A stretch of 64,000 nt of DNA from Zoogloea sp. (GCA_016720685.1 JADKKC010000007.1:15426-79425); one strand, 5' to 3'. Positions 19,005 through 31,260 are shown, counted from the stretch's first letter. A program made the numbers and translations. The notes: a model not told the origin generated them from the letters alone.

Positions 19005-19781
19005 ATGAGCAAACTGAGTACGCAAACCGTCCTTGATGTCCGTCACTGGAACGACTCCCTGTTCAGCTTCAAGGTAACCCGCGATGCCGGGCTGCGCTTC
19101 GAGAATGGCCAGTTCGTGATGATCGGCCTGGAAGTGGACGGCCGCCCGCTGACCCGCGCCTACAGCATCGCCAGCCCCAACTACGAAGAACACCTGGAAT
19201 TCTTCAGCATCAAGGTGCAGAACGGCCCGCTCACCTCGCGCCTGCAACACCTGCAGCCGGGCGACCCGATCATCATCAGCAAGAAGCCCACCGGCACCCT
19301 GGTGCTGCACGACCTGCTGCCCGGCCGCAACCTCTACCTGTTTGCCACCGGCACCGGCCTGGCGCCGTTCATGAGCGTGATCCAGGATCCGGAAACCTAC
19401 GAGCGCTTCGAAAAGGTGGTGCTGCTCCACGGCGTGCGCTATGTGTCCGAACTGGCCTACAGCGAGTTCATCGAACAAGCCCTGCCCGGGAACGAGTTCT
19501 TTGGCGAGGACGTGGCGAACAAGCTGGTGTATTACCCCACCGTGACCCGCGAGGAATTCCGCAACCAGGGCCGCGTCACCGACCTGATCACCACCGGCAA
19601 GTTCTTCGCGGACACCGGCCTGCCGCCCCTCGATCCGGCGCGCGATCGGGCGATGATCTGCGGCAGCCCGGCCATGCTCGACGACACCTGCAAGATGCTC
19701 GATGCGCGCGGCTTCAAGATTTCACCGCATATCGGCGCCCCGGGCGACTACGTCATCGAACGGGCTTTTGTCGAGAAGTGA
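19005..19781 (+). CDS. fpr: ferredoxin-NADP+ reductase
   Basis: 258 aa with the RAYSIAS FAD-binding motif and GTGLAPF NADP-binding motif. The C-terminus matches the bacterial-type Fpr length. Confidence 0.9.
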   Translation: MSKLSTQTVLDVRHWNDSLFSFKVTRDAGLRFENGQFVMIGLEVDGRPLTRAYSIASPNYEEHLEFFSIKVQNGPLTSRLQHLQPGDPIIISKKPTGTLVLHDLLPGRNLYLFATGTGLAPFMSVIQDPETYERFEKVVLLHGVRYVSELAYSEFIEQALPGNEFFGEDVANKLVYYPTVTREEFRNQGRVTDLITTGKFFADTGLPPLDPARDRAMICGSPAMLDDTCKMLDARGFKISPHIGAPGDYVIERAFVEK

Positions 19782-19787
19782 ACGCCT

Positions 19788-19810
19788 GGCGAGGGGCAAG
19801 CCCCCTCGCC
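19788..19810. terminator. GC-rich hairpin between convergent fpr and esterase genes
   Basis: GGCGAGGGG-CAAGC-CCCCTCGCC. Confidence 0.5.
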
Positions 19811-19828
19811 CCGTACTCCCGCCCCTTT

Positions 19829-20875
19829 TTACTGCTCAAGCCCTTCGGCCAGCCGGGCGACCATCTTTCGCACCGCGACCATCTGCGGGGCGTTGCGGGT
19901 GGCGTAGTCCACCGCGCTGTAACCCCACCAGTCCCAACAGCCCTTGGGGTTGTAGATCCAGCGCATCGACCCCGCCGCCAGCCCGCTGCGCGCCACGGCC
20001 TGCGGATACAGCACGACCAGCCGGTTCGTTTCGGCCCAGGCGTTGTAGCCGGCACCTTCGACAAAGCGCCGGCCGACCTGGTCCTCGCCCTGCCTGCAGC
20101 CATGAAAGGCCACGTGCACCCGGCACCCCCCCGCCCTGCAGCTTGCCGGTATGTAGGCAAAGCCCTGCTCGTCCATGCTGATGTCCGCCGGCAGGCCGCC
20201 GGTAAAGGGCCGCTGATCGAAGGTGACAAGATGGCCCGGCTCGGGAACGGACTTCGGCTTGAGCTTGCCGAGCAGATGGCCGAGCAGCTCGCCGGGCGCA
20301 TCGAAATCGCCGCAGCGATTGATATACGGCGGCTCGGACGTATCGCAGGCGTTGGGCTTGGAATCGGCCACCGAAATCATCGCGTGGCCGGCGTCAGGCA
20401 GCGTCACCAGCCGGATCGATTCGGCCGGCACCCACGCCTTGTAGAAGCCCACCAGCGCATCCACCACCGGCCGCTCGACCGTGTGGTCGGCTCCGCCGGT
20501 GAGCACCCACACCTTGTCGTCGGCAAGCGCCGCCGGCGGGTCGATCAGATCGAGCCGCGCGCGGGATTCCATGCGCGCCTTGACGTCACCCGGCGCAGGA
20601 GGCGGCGCCCAGCGGGTTGGCGCCATGCAGTTGGACAGCGCTCGCACGGCGCTGCCCTCGGCGCAATCGTAGGGCCCTGCCGCGATGATTCCCGCGCCCT
20701 TGACCAGTTTTGAGTAGGCCACCTGAAACTGCACCGCCATGTAACCGCCCGACGAAATGCCGGAAACCGTTACCGCCGAGCTGTCCGACCCCAGCGCCGG
20801 CAAGGCTGGCGCCGCCAGTCCGATGGACGGGAGGCCTGCGCCAAGCACAACCCAAAGTACCCGCATCTTCATCAT
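19829..20875 (-). CDS. secreted esterase / short-chain-length PHA depolymerase, catalytic domain only (type-2 motif order)
   Basis: ATG at 20875 gives a signal peptide (MMKMRVLWVVLGAGLPSIGLAAPA). The lipase box GISSGG is near the N-terminus and the oxyanion HGCRQ is near the C-terminus. The upstream part of ORF 19829..21277 belongs to a different, frameshifted gene. Confidence 0.72.
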   Translation of the reverse strand: MMKMRVLWVVLGAGLPSIGLAAPALPALGSDSSAVTVSGISSGGYMAVQFQVAYSKLVKGAGIIAAGPYDCAEGSAVRALSNCMAPTRWAPPPAPGDVKARMESRARLDLIDPPAALADDKVWVLTGGADHTVERPVVDALVGFYKAWVPAESIRLVTLPDAGHAMISVADSKPNACDTSEPPYINRCGDFDAPGELLGHLLGKLKPKSVPEPGHLVTFDQRPFTGGLPADISMDEQGFAYIPASCRAGGCRVHVAFHGCRQGEDQVGRRFVEGAGYNAWAETNRLVVLYPQAVARSGLAAGSMRWIYNPKGCWDWWGYSAVDYATRNAPQMVAVRKMVARLAEGLEQ

Positions 20876-21277
20876 CACGCCCCCAGCAAACGCCACAGCA
20901 CGCCACCGCCCGCCGCCAGCCCCATGGCCCCGAAGGCCAGCGCGGCAAGCGTAAAACCCCGCTCCCGCAGCGCCGGCTCCTTTGCGTAAGCAATCGCATA
21001 CCAGACGCGCCCGACCAGCCACACGGCGCCCAGCCCGGCAGCGACGCCATCGCTCACGTAGGCCGCGCAAATCCACAGACAGGGCAGGCACATGGCCGCC
21101 CATTCGAGGGTGTTCATCTGCACCCGGTACAGGCGCTCGAAAGTCGGGTGGCCCCGTCACAGACGGCGCCTTGACGCCGTAGCGGTGGCGGCCCTTGCCC
21201 ACGGCAAAACAGGTGCCGAACATCAAAAGGACGATCAACAGCGTGACCCCGGCCGTCAGGGGAGAAGAAGACAGCAT
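20875..21277 (-). pseudogene. MAPEG family membrane protein, interrupted by a 1-nt frameshift
   Basis: The N-terminal part (MLSSSPLTAGVTLLIVLLMFGTCFAVGKGRHRYGVKAPSVTG) is in the frame of 21277. The C-terminal part (..QMNTLEWAAMCLPCLWICAAYV...) is in the frame of ORF 20875..21123. Removing one C from the run at 21152..21155 restores TGHPTFERLYRVQMNTLEW. Confidence 0.75.
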
Positions 21278-21366
21278 GGCGAGAGGATTTCCAGAAGACA
21301 GAAGCGCCTAGCTTACCGCCCCTCCCCCATACTTCGCATTACATCTCCCCACGGCCCGGCCACCCC

Positions 21367-23091
<1,725 letters not shown>

Positions 23092-23159
23092 ACACAACCC
23101 GCGCCCGCCAACTCGGGTAAAGTTGCGCCTTCGTTTTTTGCATCTCCGAAGGTACCCCG

Positions 23160-24824
<1,665 letters not shown>

Positions 24825-24852
24825 CTCCTGGCGCAAACGTGACTGCCCAATG

Positions 24853-24886
24853 AAAACGCCCCCCGGTTCACACCGGGGGGCGTTTT
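24853..24886. terminator. bidirectional rho-independent terminator between ettA and the porin gene
   Basis: AAAACGCCCCCCGG-TTCACA-CCGGGGGGCGTTTT, with A/T tracts on both sides. Confidence 0.85.
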
Positions 24887-24944
24887 CATTGATACGACAA
24901 ACCAGCTTACGGCAAGGCGACGATGTAGGTTGCGCCGAGGTAAG

Positions 24945-27191
24945 TCACGCGCTTTGACTTGGCCTGAGCGTAACCGTGGAGTTGTCGGAATACACAAACG
25001 GCGTTCCGTTGTAACCCCAGGTCCATTCGTTGAGTTTGGTTTGCTGGTGGATCAGGTCCATGCGCACCGCCGAGGTCTTGTCCAGAGCGTACCTGCCGAA
25101 CAGCTTCAGCGTGAATTGCTGGAAGGTGACGTCGGGAAGGCCGCCAAGACGGGACAAGAGCGTGCTGTTGGCCGTCGACCCACCTCTTTGCTTGTACTCG
25201 TCCCTGTCATCGATGAGCAGCAGATCGCCACCGACCTGGAGGCGACTCGTGGGCTTGCCGATCACACCGAACCCGTAACTGTCGCTGAGATTGCGCAGCG
25301 CGGCCAGGTAACCCGTGCTGTGATCCACGTGCATGGTCTGATCACCGCGAGACCAGTAGCCCGTGAGCTTCCAGTCTTCAGACAAGGCATAGGCGGCATC
25401 CACACCATAGAAGCCCATGTAGCTGCTTCTCAGGCCCTTGGTGCCCGGAGAGCTGAAATTATCCTGCCCCCACTCGGCCATGAACTGCAGCGACAGCTGG
25501 TCGGTGGCAGCCCAGTCGGCACTCATCTTGATCTTGTCCCGCTGCCGGTCAGTCATCGAAGAGGGGAAGATGCTATTGACCCCATAGATGCCGTTGTTGA
25601 AGGTGGCACATGCGGTGACCGAGGTCAGGGATGGATCTCCCACGATGACACCCCGGCCTGCGTCAGACAAGCCCCCCAGGCCGGTACAACTCAGGGACAG
25701 CGGCTTGAGCCAGGCCGATCCGCTGCGATGGCTGCTGGAATAGCCGATCGCACCGGTCAGGGTTTCGCTCATTGAACGGCGCAACTCCATTCTGTAGCCG
25801 GTTTCCTCACTCTTCTGGCGCAGGCCACTCAAACCGGCAACGGAGTTTGTGCTGACAAAAGTGCCACGATCAAGCGACTCGTAATTGAACCCCAGCGTCG
25901 CCCGATAGCCGTCAGGCAGCTGATAAGTGCCTTCAAGCTTGCCGTTCAGGCGCTTTGGTGAATAGTTGCCGTTGGTGAACGCTGTAGTCGCCGGATTGCC
26001 TTCGACGTTGTAGTAGGCGATAGGCGTCTTGTCGTTGCGGTCTTCGTAGCGGACATTGGCCAGCAGCGACAGCTTGGAGATCGGCCGCGACGTCAGGCCA
26101 AGCTGATACAGGCTGGTGTCGACCTTCGCGCCAAGATCGCTGCGGCCTCCGGGAGCCCCGCCGAACACGGAGAAATTGTCGGTCTGCGCGGCGTGGGTGT
26201 AGGCGTACTTGAAGTTGGCCTTGGTGGTCGGTGTGAACGCGTAATTGCCCGTCAGGTAAAACTGGTGCGCCTGACTATCCGGCGGCAGCGCAATGGGATT
26301 TTGCAACATGCCCCGCAAACCGGCGCCCAGCGCAGGCCCGTTGCCGGGGAGTCCCATCTGGTTTCCCAGCGGATTACTGAGCTCACCGTTGATGCTTGCT
26401 GCCATCGACTGATACTGGTTGCTGTAGAACGAGCCATAGTAGCCCCCCGACAGCATCAGCTTGTCGCTCGCGTAGTTGAGCTTCGCGTCGAACTGCTGGG
26501 TGCTCGAGTTGATCGGCTCGGGCAGCATGAGCTGCGCCCATTGGGTTACGCCGGTAGTACACAAGGGGGACGGCGCAGAGCCCGAGGGGCAGGCCATGCC
26601 GTTGCCGAACATCCGGGCACCGTTCTTGTCCTCGTTCCGGAAGCTGGCCTCGAACTGCAGCGAGGAACTCAGCCATTTTTCCAGGGCGATGGTGGTGTTC
26701 TTGCGCTTCAGCTCGAGGTTTACGTCAGAACCGCTACCTGCCGTAGCCAGCCGGGAGACCACCGGCGCGGTGCTGCCTGCGCCGACAAGGCTGGTGTTGA
26801 TGGTGCGCGGATCACGCCGGATCATCTCGTCGTATTCGAAGGAATACTTCCAGTCGCCCTGCTTTTGCTGGCCGAAGCGAATTTCCCGGGTGTCCAGCCC
26901 GAGGTTGCGCCCCTGGAGGGTGGTCCAGGTGCCGGTGGCGTCGTCGCGCTTGATGACGTCGAGGTCGAGCAGAAGATAGGCGTCCTGGCGGCGCAGGCCG
27001 TTGTATTGGCCAAAAATGCTGCGCTCGTTCTCGGCACCCGTCACCCCGGCAGCGCCGATGGAAACACTGCTGTCGGGACGGATCAGGGCGGCGATCTCGT
27101 CATCGGCCGCATGGGCCGAACCAAAGGCGGCAAGGAGGGCCAGCGCAACAATCTTGAGGCTGAAACCCGGGCGTGTTTGCAAGGTTCTCAT
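24945..27191 (-). CDS. mtoB: MtrB/PioB/MtoB family decahaem-associated outer-membrane beta-barrel protein
   Basis: 748 aa with a signal peptide (AAFGSAHA/AD). The sequence shows alternating beta-strand character, is rich in Y/G/N/S/T, and ends in an aromatic residue region. It lies immediately downstream of a decahaem cytochrome gene. Confidence 0.85.
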   Translation of the reverse strand: MRTLQTRPGFSLKIVALALLAAFGSAHAADDEIAALIRPDSSVSIGAAGVTGAENERSIFGQYNGLRRQDAYLLLDLDVIKRDDATGTWTTLQGRNLGLDTREIRFGQQKQGDWKYSFEYDEMIRRDPRTINTSLVGAGSTAPVVSRLATAGSGSDVNLELKRKNTTIALEKWLSSSLQFEASFRNEDKNGARMFGNGMACPSGSAPSPLCTTGVTQWAQLMLPEPINSSTQQFDAKLNYASDKLMLSGGYYGSFYSNQYQSMAASINGELSNPLGNQMGLPGNGPALGAGLRGMLQNPIALPPDSQAHQFYLTGNYAFTPTTKANFKYAYTHAAQTDNFSVFGGAPGGRSDLGAKVDTSLYQLGLTSRPISKLSLLANVRYEDRNDKTPIAYYNVEGNPATTAFTNGNYSPKRLNGKLEGTYQLPDGYRATLGFNYESLDRGTFVSTNSVAGLSGLRQKSEETGYRMELRRSMSETLTGAIGYSSSHRSGSAWLKPLSLSCTGLGGLSDAGRGVIVGDPSLTSVTACATFNNGIYGVNSIFPSSMTDRQRDKIKMSADWAATDQLSLQFMAEWGQDNFSSPGTKGLRSSYMGFYGVDAAYALSEDWKLTGYWSRGDQTMHVDHSTGYLAALRNLSDSYGFGVIGKPTSRLQVGGDLLLIDDRDEYKQRGGSTANSTLLSRLGGLPDVTFQQFTLKLFGRYALDKTSAVRMDLIHQQTKLNEWTWGYNGTPFVYSDNSTVTLRPSQSA

Positions 27192-27210
27192 GATGATTTC
27201 CCCTCGTCGA

Positions 27211-28203
27211 TCAACGCAGGTTGAACTGCGGAGTCGGATTCGTTGCGCTTGGGTTGTTGCTGCCGTGCACCTGGGTGTGGCAATTCACGCAACCCCGCGC
27301 CTGGGTGTAGTTGATGCCGGACTTGCCGCTCGAGTTGATGGTCGGCTGGGTCGGCAACTGGCCCCGCAACTGGGCGATCTGGCCACCATGCGGCGTGTGG
27401 CACTGATGGCACAGGAAGGGCGGCCGGGCTTTGAGCAGGCTTTCGGCAACGGTGCCGTGGGGGTTGTGGCAATTGCCGCAATCCTCGTTGACCGGCTCGT
27501 GGCTGTGTACGAAGGGGCCGCGCTTTTCCATGTGGCAGGTGTAGCAGGTCTCGACGACGCTATCGCGCTTGACCAGCTTGGGACCGATGGAGCCATGGGA
27601 GTTGTGGCAATCCGAGCAGGCAACCTTGCCTTCCATCACCGGGTGGTGGGAGGGCTTCATGACCTGGGCGCGCTGTTCCTTGTGGCAGGTGAAGCACACT
27701 TCGGGCTGGGTGCGCTTGTCGGCAACCTTGTCCTTGGCGGTGTGCAACTGGTGGCAGGAAGTGCAGGCCACGTCGGCACGCTGGTGGGCGCTGCCTTCCC
27801 AGTGCGAACGCTTGGCATCCTTCTTGTGGCAGGAGATGCAGGATTCGTTGCGGGCCTCGACCGGCGTTTTGGAGTTCTTGCCAAAACTGCGGTCGGTGGC
27901 CGGGCGCTCTTTGAGCTTGGCCGGATTGTTGGTGTGCAGGTCGCTGTCGCCGTGGCAATTGGTGCAGCTGGGCGTACGCCCGTCGGCCACGGTGCCATGC
28001 TTGGTCTTGCCGATGTGCAGGAGCTTGGGCTCGTCCGCCTCATCGTGGCAGGTGGTGCACTTGGCGTCGCCCTTGAGGACCAGATCCTTGGCGGGCGGCT
28101 TGGCGCCTGGCGAGGATGGGGCATCGGCAGCCACGGCGGCCGTGGTGCCGACTAGCGCCCCGAGCAAGGCGCACGAGGCCAACAACTGTCGCAGGAATTT
28201 CAT
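27211..28203 (-). CDS. mtoA: periplasmic decahaem c-type cytochrome, MtrA/PioA/MtoA (DmsE) family
   Basis: 330 aa with a signal peptide. There are exactly ten CXXCH motifs: CTTCH, CTNCH, CISCH, CTSCH, CFTCH, CSDCH, CYTCH, CGNCH, CHQCH and CVNCH. Confidence 0.9.
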   Translation of the reverse strand: MKFLRQLLASCALLGALVGTTAAVAADAPSSPGAKPPAKDLVLKGDAKCTTCHDEADEPKLLHIGKTKHGTVADGRTPSCTNCHGDSDLHTNNPAKLKERPATDRSFGKNSKTPVEARNESCISCHKKDAKRSHWEGSAHQRADVACTSCHQLHTAKDKVADKRTQPEVCFTCHKEQRAQVMKPSHHPVMEGKVACSDCHNSHGSIGPKLVKRDSVVETCYTCHMEKRGPFVHSHEPVNEDCGNCHNPHGTVAESLLKARPPFLCHQCHTPHGGQIAQLRGQLPTQPTINSSGKSGINYTQARGCVNCHTQVHGSNNPSATNPTPQFNLR

Positions 28204-28274
28204 TTTTTATCTCCCTTTTACTGACATCGCTTGTCGAAGCGCCCTGCAAGTCGGGCGCTCCGTTACTGAACGGC

Positions 28275-28625
28275 TTACTTGCCGAGGGACAGGATCCAGT
28301 CGGTCAGATTCTTGATCGCGGCCTTGTCCTTGGTCTTGATGACCTTGTGCTCCTCTTCCTTGCCGTCATCGAACTTCACCATTTCACCCGACGTGAGGTG
28401 ATGGAGCAGTTTGGCTTCGGCATCGGCCTTGCCCTTGAGCGACTTGGAAATCTCGGTCAGGGACTTGGCTTCCTTCTTCTTGTCCACGGCGTGGCACTTG
28501 AGGCAGCCTTCCTTCTTGGCCAGGGCCTGCGCTTCATCGGCGTCGAAGGCCAGCGCATTGGCGGACAGCAGCAGCCCTGAGGCACAGAGGCCGGAAATCA
28601 GGGGGGTAATCACGCGGAACTTCAT
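28275..28625 (-). CDS. secreted monohaem class I c-type cytochrome (MtoD-like position)
   Basis: 116 aa with a signal peptide and a single CLKCH motif. A Met candidate for the distal ligand is present (SGEMVKF). Confidence 0.75.
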   Translation of the reverse strand: MKFRVITPLISGLCASGLLLSANALAFDADEAQALAKKEGCLKCHAVDKKKEAKSLTEISKSLKGKADAEAKLLHHLTSGEMVKFDDGKEEEHKVIKTKDKAAIKNLTDWILSLGK

Positions 28626-28678
28626 GTGGGGTTTCTCCTTGAGGACAACGTACGACTTATTGGTTTGGGGAACGTGAA

Positions 28679-29292
28679 TCAGTGCTCGTACCAGCCGGTG
28701 AGCATCATCTTGAACAGGCTGGAAACCTTGGGCCCGACCGTGCCCAGGTAGATGTGGCTCACCATGAACAACAGGATCACCGCCGCGCCGATGTAATGCA
28801 GCATCGCGATGGGCAGGAGCCCGTCGAGCCCGAAGAGCTTGTCGGGGGCGAACTGGGGATAGAGGAAGACCAGCCCGGTCAGGATCACCACCGGAAGCAC
28901 CATGTACATGATCGACCAGTAAGTGAGAGCCTGCAGGACGTTGAAATTGACCTCGGGGTCGGCGGATAGGGCTCGGGCTCGCCCTTGAAGATGCCGCTGC
29001 CGTAGTACTTCATCTGCGTCAGGCAACGCTTGATGATGCCGGGCGGCTTCGGGATGTACTGCCACCAGTTGCCGGTGACGATGTTGCCGGTCATGAAGAC
29101 CACCCACAGCCCGGCGAGGATGACGCCGGCCACGTTATGGATGCGCGCCGCCAGCGAAAACTCCACCAGCGGAAGGTTCGGATCGGAAAAGTGCAGGCTG
29201 ATGCCGGTGATCGACAGGGCGATGATCGCCAGGGCATTGCCCCAGTGCCACAGCCTGATCCACAGGTGAAGGATGCAAACGCGATTAGTCAT
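28679..29292 (-). pseudogene. dihaem b-type cytochrome (HydC/FdnI/PhsC, cytochrome b561-like family), 1-nt frameshift
   Basis: The N-terminal half is ORF 28885..29292 (MTNRVCILHLWIRLWHWGNAL...RIHNVAG...). The C-terminal half is ORF 28679..29107 (...NFNVLQALTYW...MLHYIGA...VSHIYLG). The frames switch at about 28955..28965. There are four conserved His residues on four TM helices. Confidence 0.75.
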
Positions 29293-30255
29293 GGTTTTTA
29301 CTCCGGCGCAGACGGGTCATGATGACGCGCACGAGGCCGTGGCCGATCACGCCCGCCAGCGTGGCGACAAACAGGCCGATCAGGATCATGTCGAGGGTGG
29401 GGCTGCGGGTAGCACCCACCACATAGGAGTTGCTCAGGATCACGCTGTTGAGGAAGCCGTACTTGTTCTGCTCCTCGGTGGCCAGATGGCGATACAAGCG
29501 CGCATTGAGCGAGCTGTTGGCGCTGTGGCAGGTGGCGCACTTCTTCTCGGCCTTGTCCTTGTTCTGGATCTCGTGGGAGAGGGAGAGCTTGTCTTCGGTG
29601 GGCGTGTGGCACTCGATGCAGCGCACGGCCTTCCAGTGCAGGCGGGTGTTGGGCAGCCAGTCATGGATGTCGTCGATGGGCGGCCGCTTTTTCTTGTCCG
29701 GCGCCATCTTCGCAAAGGCCAGATCCGAATCGTGGCAATCGAGACAGATCTTGTTGTCCTGGGCCACGATCTTGTGCGGATCGCGCAACTTGGCGGCCAG
29801 GGTCATGGAGTGCGCGTCGTGGCAGGTGACGCAGGTGAAGGTTTCGCTGAGGTTCTCGGCGTGCACCGACTTGTCGAACTGGCGTTCGATGCGCATCGCC
29901 TTGCGGGCGTGGCAGTCCTGGCATTCACTCAGGCTGTCCTTGGCGTCGGCCTCGTGGGGGTGTTCGTCGTAGCCGTCGCCGTGGCACTTGGTACAGGCCA
30001 TCTGGCCGTGGTCGGACGCCGTGTAGGTGTCCAGATGAACCAGGTGGCTACGCAGCTTCTTGAGATCCAGCCCTTCCTTCGGGGGCTTCTTGAGCCCTGC
30101 TTCCGAGTGGCAGGCCAGGCATTTTCCGTTGGCTGCCTGGATTTTTACGAGTTCTTCGGGGACGGTGGGGGTTCGTCGGCGAAGGCCGGCGGCGCGGCCA
30201 TCAGGGCCAGCAGTGCCAACGCTCCACGCAGTTTTCTACTTATCTTGCTAAACAC
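29285..30255 (-). pseudogene. heptahaem c-type cytochrome with signal peptide and C-terminal membrane anchor, 1-nt frameshift after the signal peptide
   Basis: A GAGGAG RBS and GTG at 30255 give VFSKISRKLRGALALLALMAAPPAFADEPPPSP. The frame then shifts at the G-run 30158..30161 into ...EELVKIQAANGKCLACH...MACTKCH.... The 7 CXXCH motifs are CLACH, CTKCH, CQDCH, CVTCH, CLDCH, CIECH and CATCH. A TM helix (LDMILIGLFVATLAGVIGHGLV) is near the C-terminus. The stop overlaps the cytochrome b start by 8 nt. Confidence 0.75.
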
Positions 30256-30340
30256 ATCAACTCCTCGGGCTACTAACCCGGCGGATTATCGACTTCCCTC
30301 TTTATTTCCAAATGTATCAGTACCCAAAACTGACATTCTC

Positions 30341-30354
30341 TTGATCAAGATCAA
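30341..30354. promoter_or_regulatory. perfect FNR/Anr/Dnr-type box TTGATCAAGATCAA
   Basis: Matches TTGAT-N4-ATCAA exactly. Its centre lies ~92 nt upstream of the GTG start at 30255. A TACATT -10 candidate (30311..30316) would put the box near -42/-44 of a class II promoter. Confidence 0.65.
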
Positions 30355-30459
30355 CCAAAAATAGCCCTTGTGACGTTTTTCCGGAACACCGAAATGGCGG
30401 TTCCCGCCCCACCCGGGAAGTCAAGCAACACGCCACACCACAAAGGTAACTGACACCTT

Positions 30460-31260
30460 CTAAGACGCCAGCACCTCGACTTCCATCCCCACTCGCAGCT
30501 CCCCGACCCCTTCCGCAATCACGTTCTGCCCGAAAATCACCCCTTCCGGGGTCTTGCGGTATTTGGCGAGGGTGCGCAGGGGCTCCTGATCGAGACTCTT
30601 GCTGCCGGATTGCGGATCGACGGTGGTAAACACGCAGCGCTCGCAGGGCTTGGTGAGGCGAAAAGTGATGCCGCCGATGCGGATGCGCTTCCAGGCGTCT
30701 TCGGCAAAGGCCTCCGCGCCGGACACCACCAGGTTGGTACGGAAGCGCTCCATCGTCATCGGGCGGCCGATTCTGGCCGACAGGTCGTCCAGCGAGGCCT
30801 GCCCGATCAGAAGCAGCGGAAAGCCGTCGGCGAAGCCAAGAGGCACCGCGGGATCGGCCTTGACGCGGCGGGCCGTCTTGGCGCCGGTCCATAGAAACCT
30901 GAGGCGGGTGCCGATGCAGGCCGAAATCCAGGCGTCAGCTTCAAGGGCGCCCTCCCAGGCACAAAAAATGTCGCCCCACACCTTGGTTTCAAGGGGCCGG
31001 GTGAAGGCGCGGTTGGGCACGAAAAGTTCGGCACAGCCCGGGGCGGAGAGGCTGACGCCATCGGCAGAGGGCCTTGCGCTGATCGTGACCAGTTTTGGCC
31101 AGGTTCGACCGGTCACAAAATGGCCATTTGGATCAGCCACCATCCAGTCGCGGTCGAAAGGCAGGCCTTGCGGGCTCACCGGGCTCACGTCGAGACTCTG
31201 CCCATGCATGGATTTGACCGGGTAGCGATAGAGGGCGGACAGGACGGGCGGGGTGCGCAT
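30460..31260 (-). CDS. MOSC domain-containing protein (YcbX-like)
   Basis: ATG at 31260 gives MRTPPVLSALYRYPVKSMHGQSL.... It has a MOSC N-terminal beta-barrel plus a MOSC domain with the conserved Cys (KPCERC). The upstream part of ORF 30460..31815 is not credible. Confidence 0.85.
   Translation of the reverse strand: MRTPPVLSALYRYPVKSMHGQSLDVSPVSPQGLPFDRDWMVADPNGHFVTGRTWPKLVTISARPSADGVSLSAPGCAELFVPNRAFTRPLETKVWGDIFCAWEGALEADAWISACIGTRLRFLWTGAKTARRVKADPAVPLGFADGFPLLLIGQASLDDLSARIGRPMTMERFRTNLVVSGAEAFAEDAWKRIRIGGITFRLTKPCERCVFTTVDPQSGSKSLDQEPLRTLAKYRKTPEGVIFGQNVIAEGVGELRVGMEVEVLAS

Noticed and set aside
19829-21277. Single 482-aa ORF spanning the esterase and upstream sequence.
   Set aside because: It is a chimera. 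Residues 1-42 are the N-terminus of a frameshifted MAPEG gene and the middle is out-of-frame read-through. The esterase has its own signal peptide starting at 20875.
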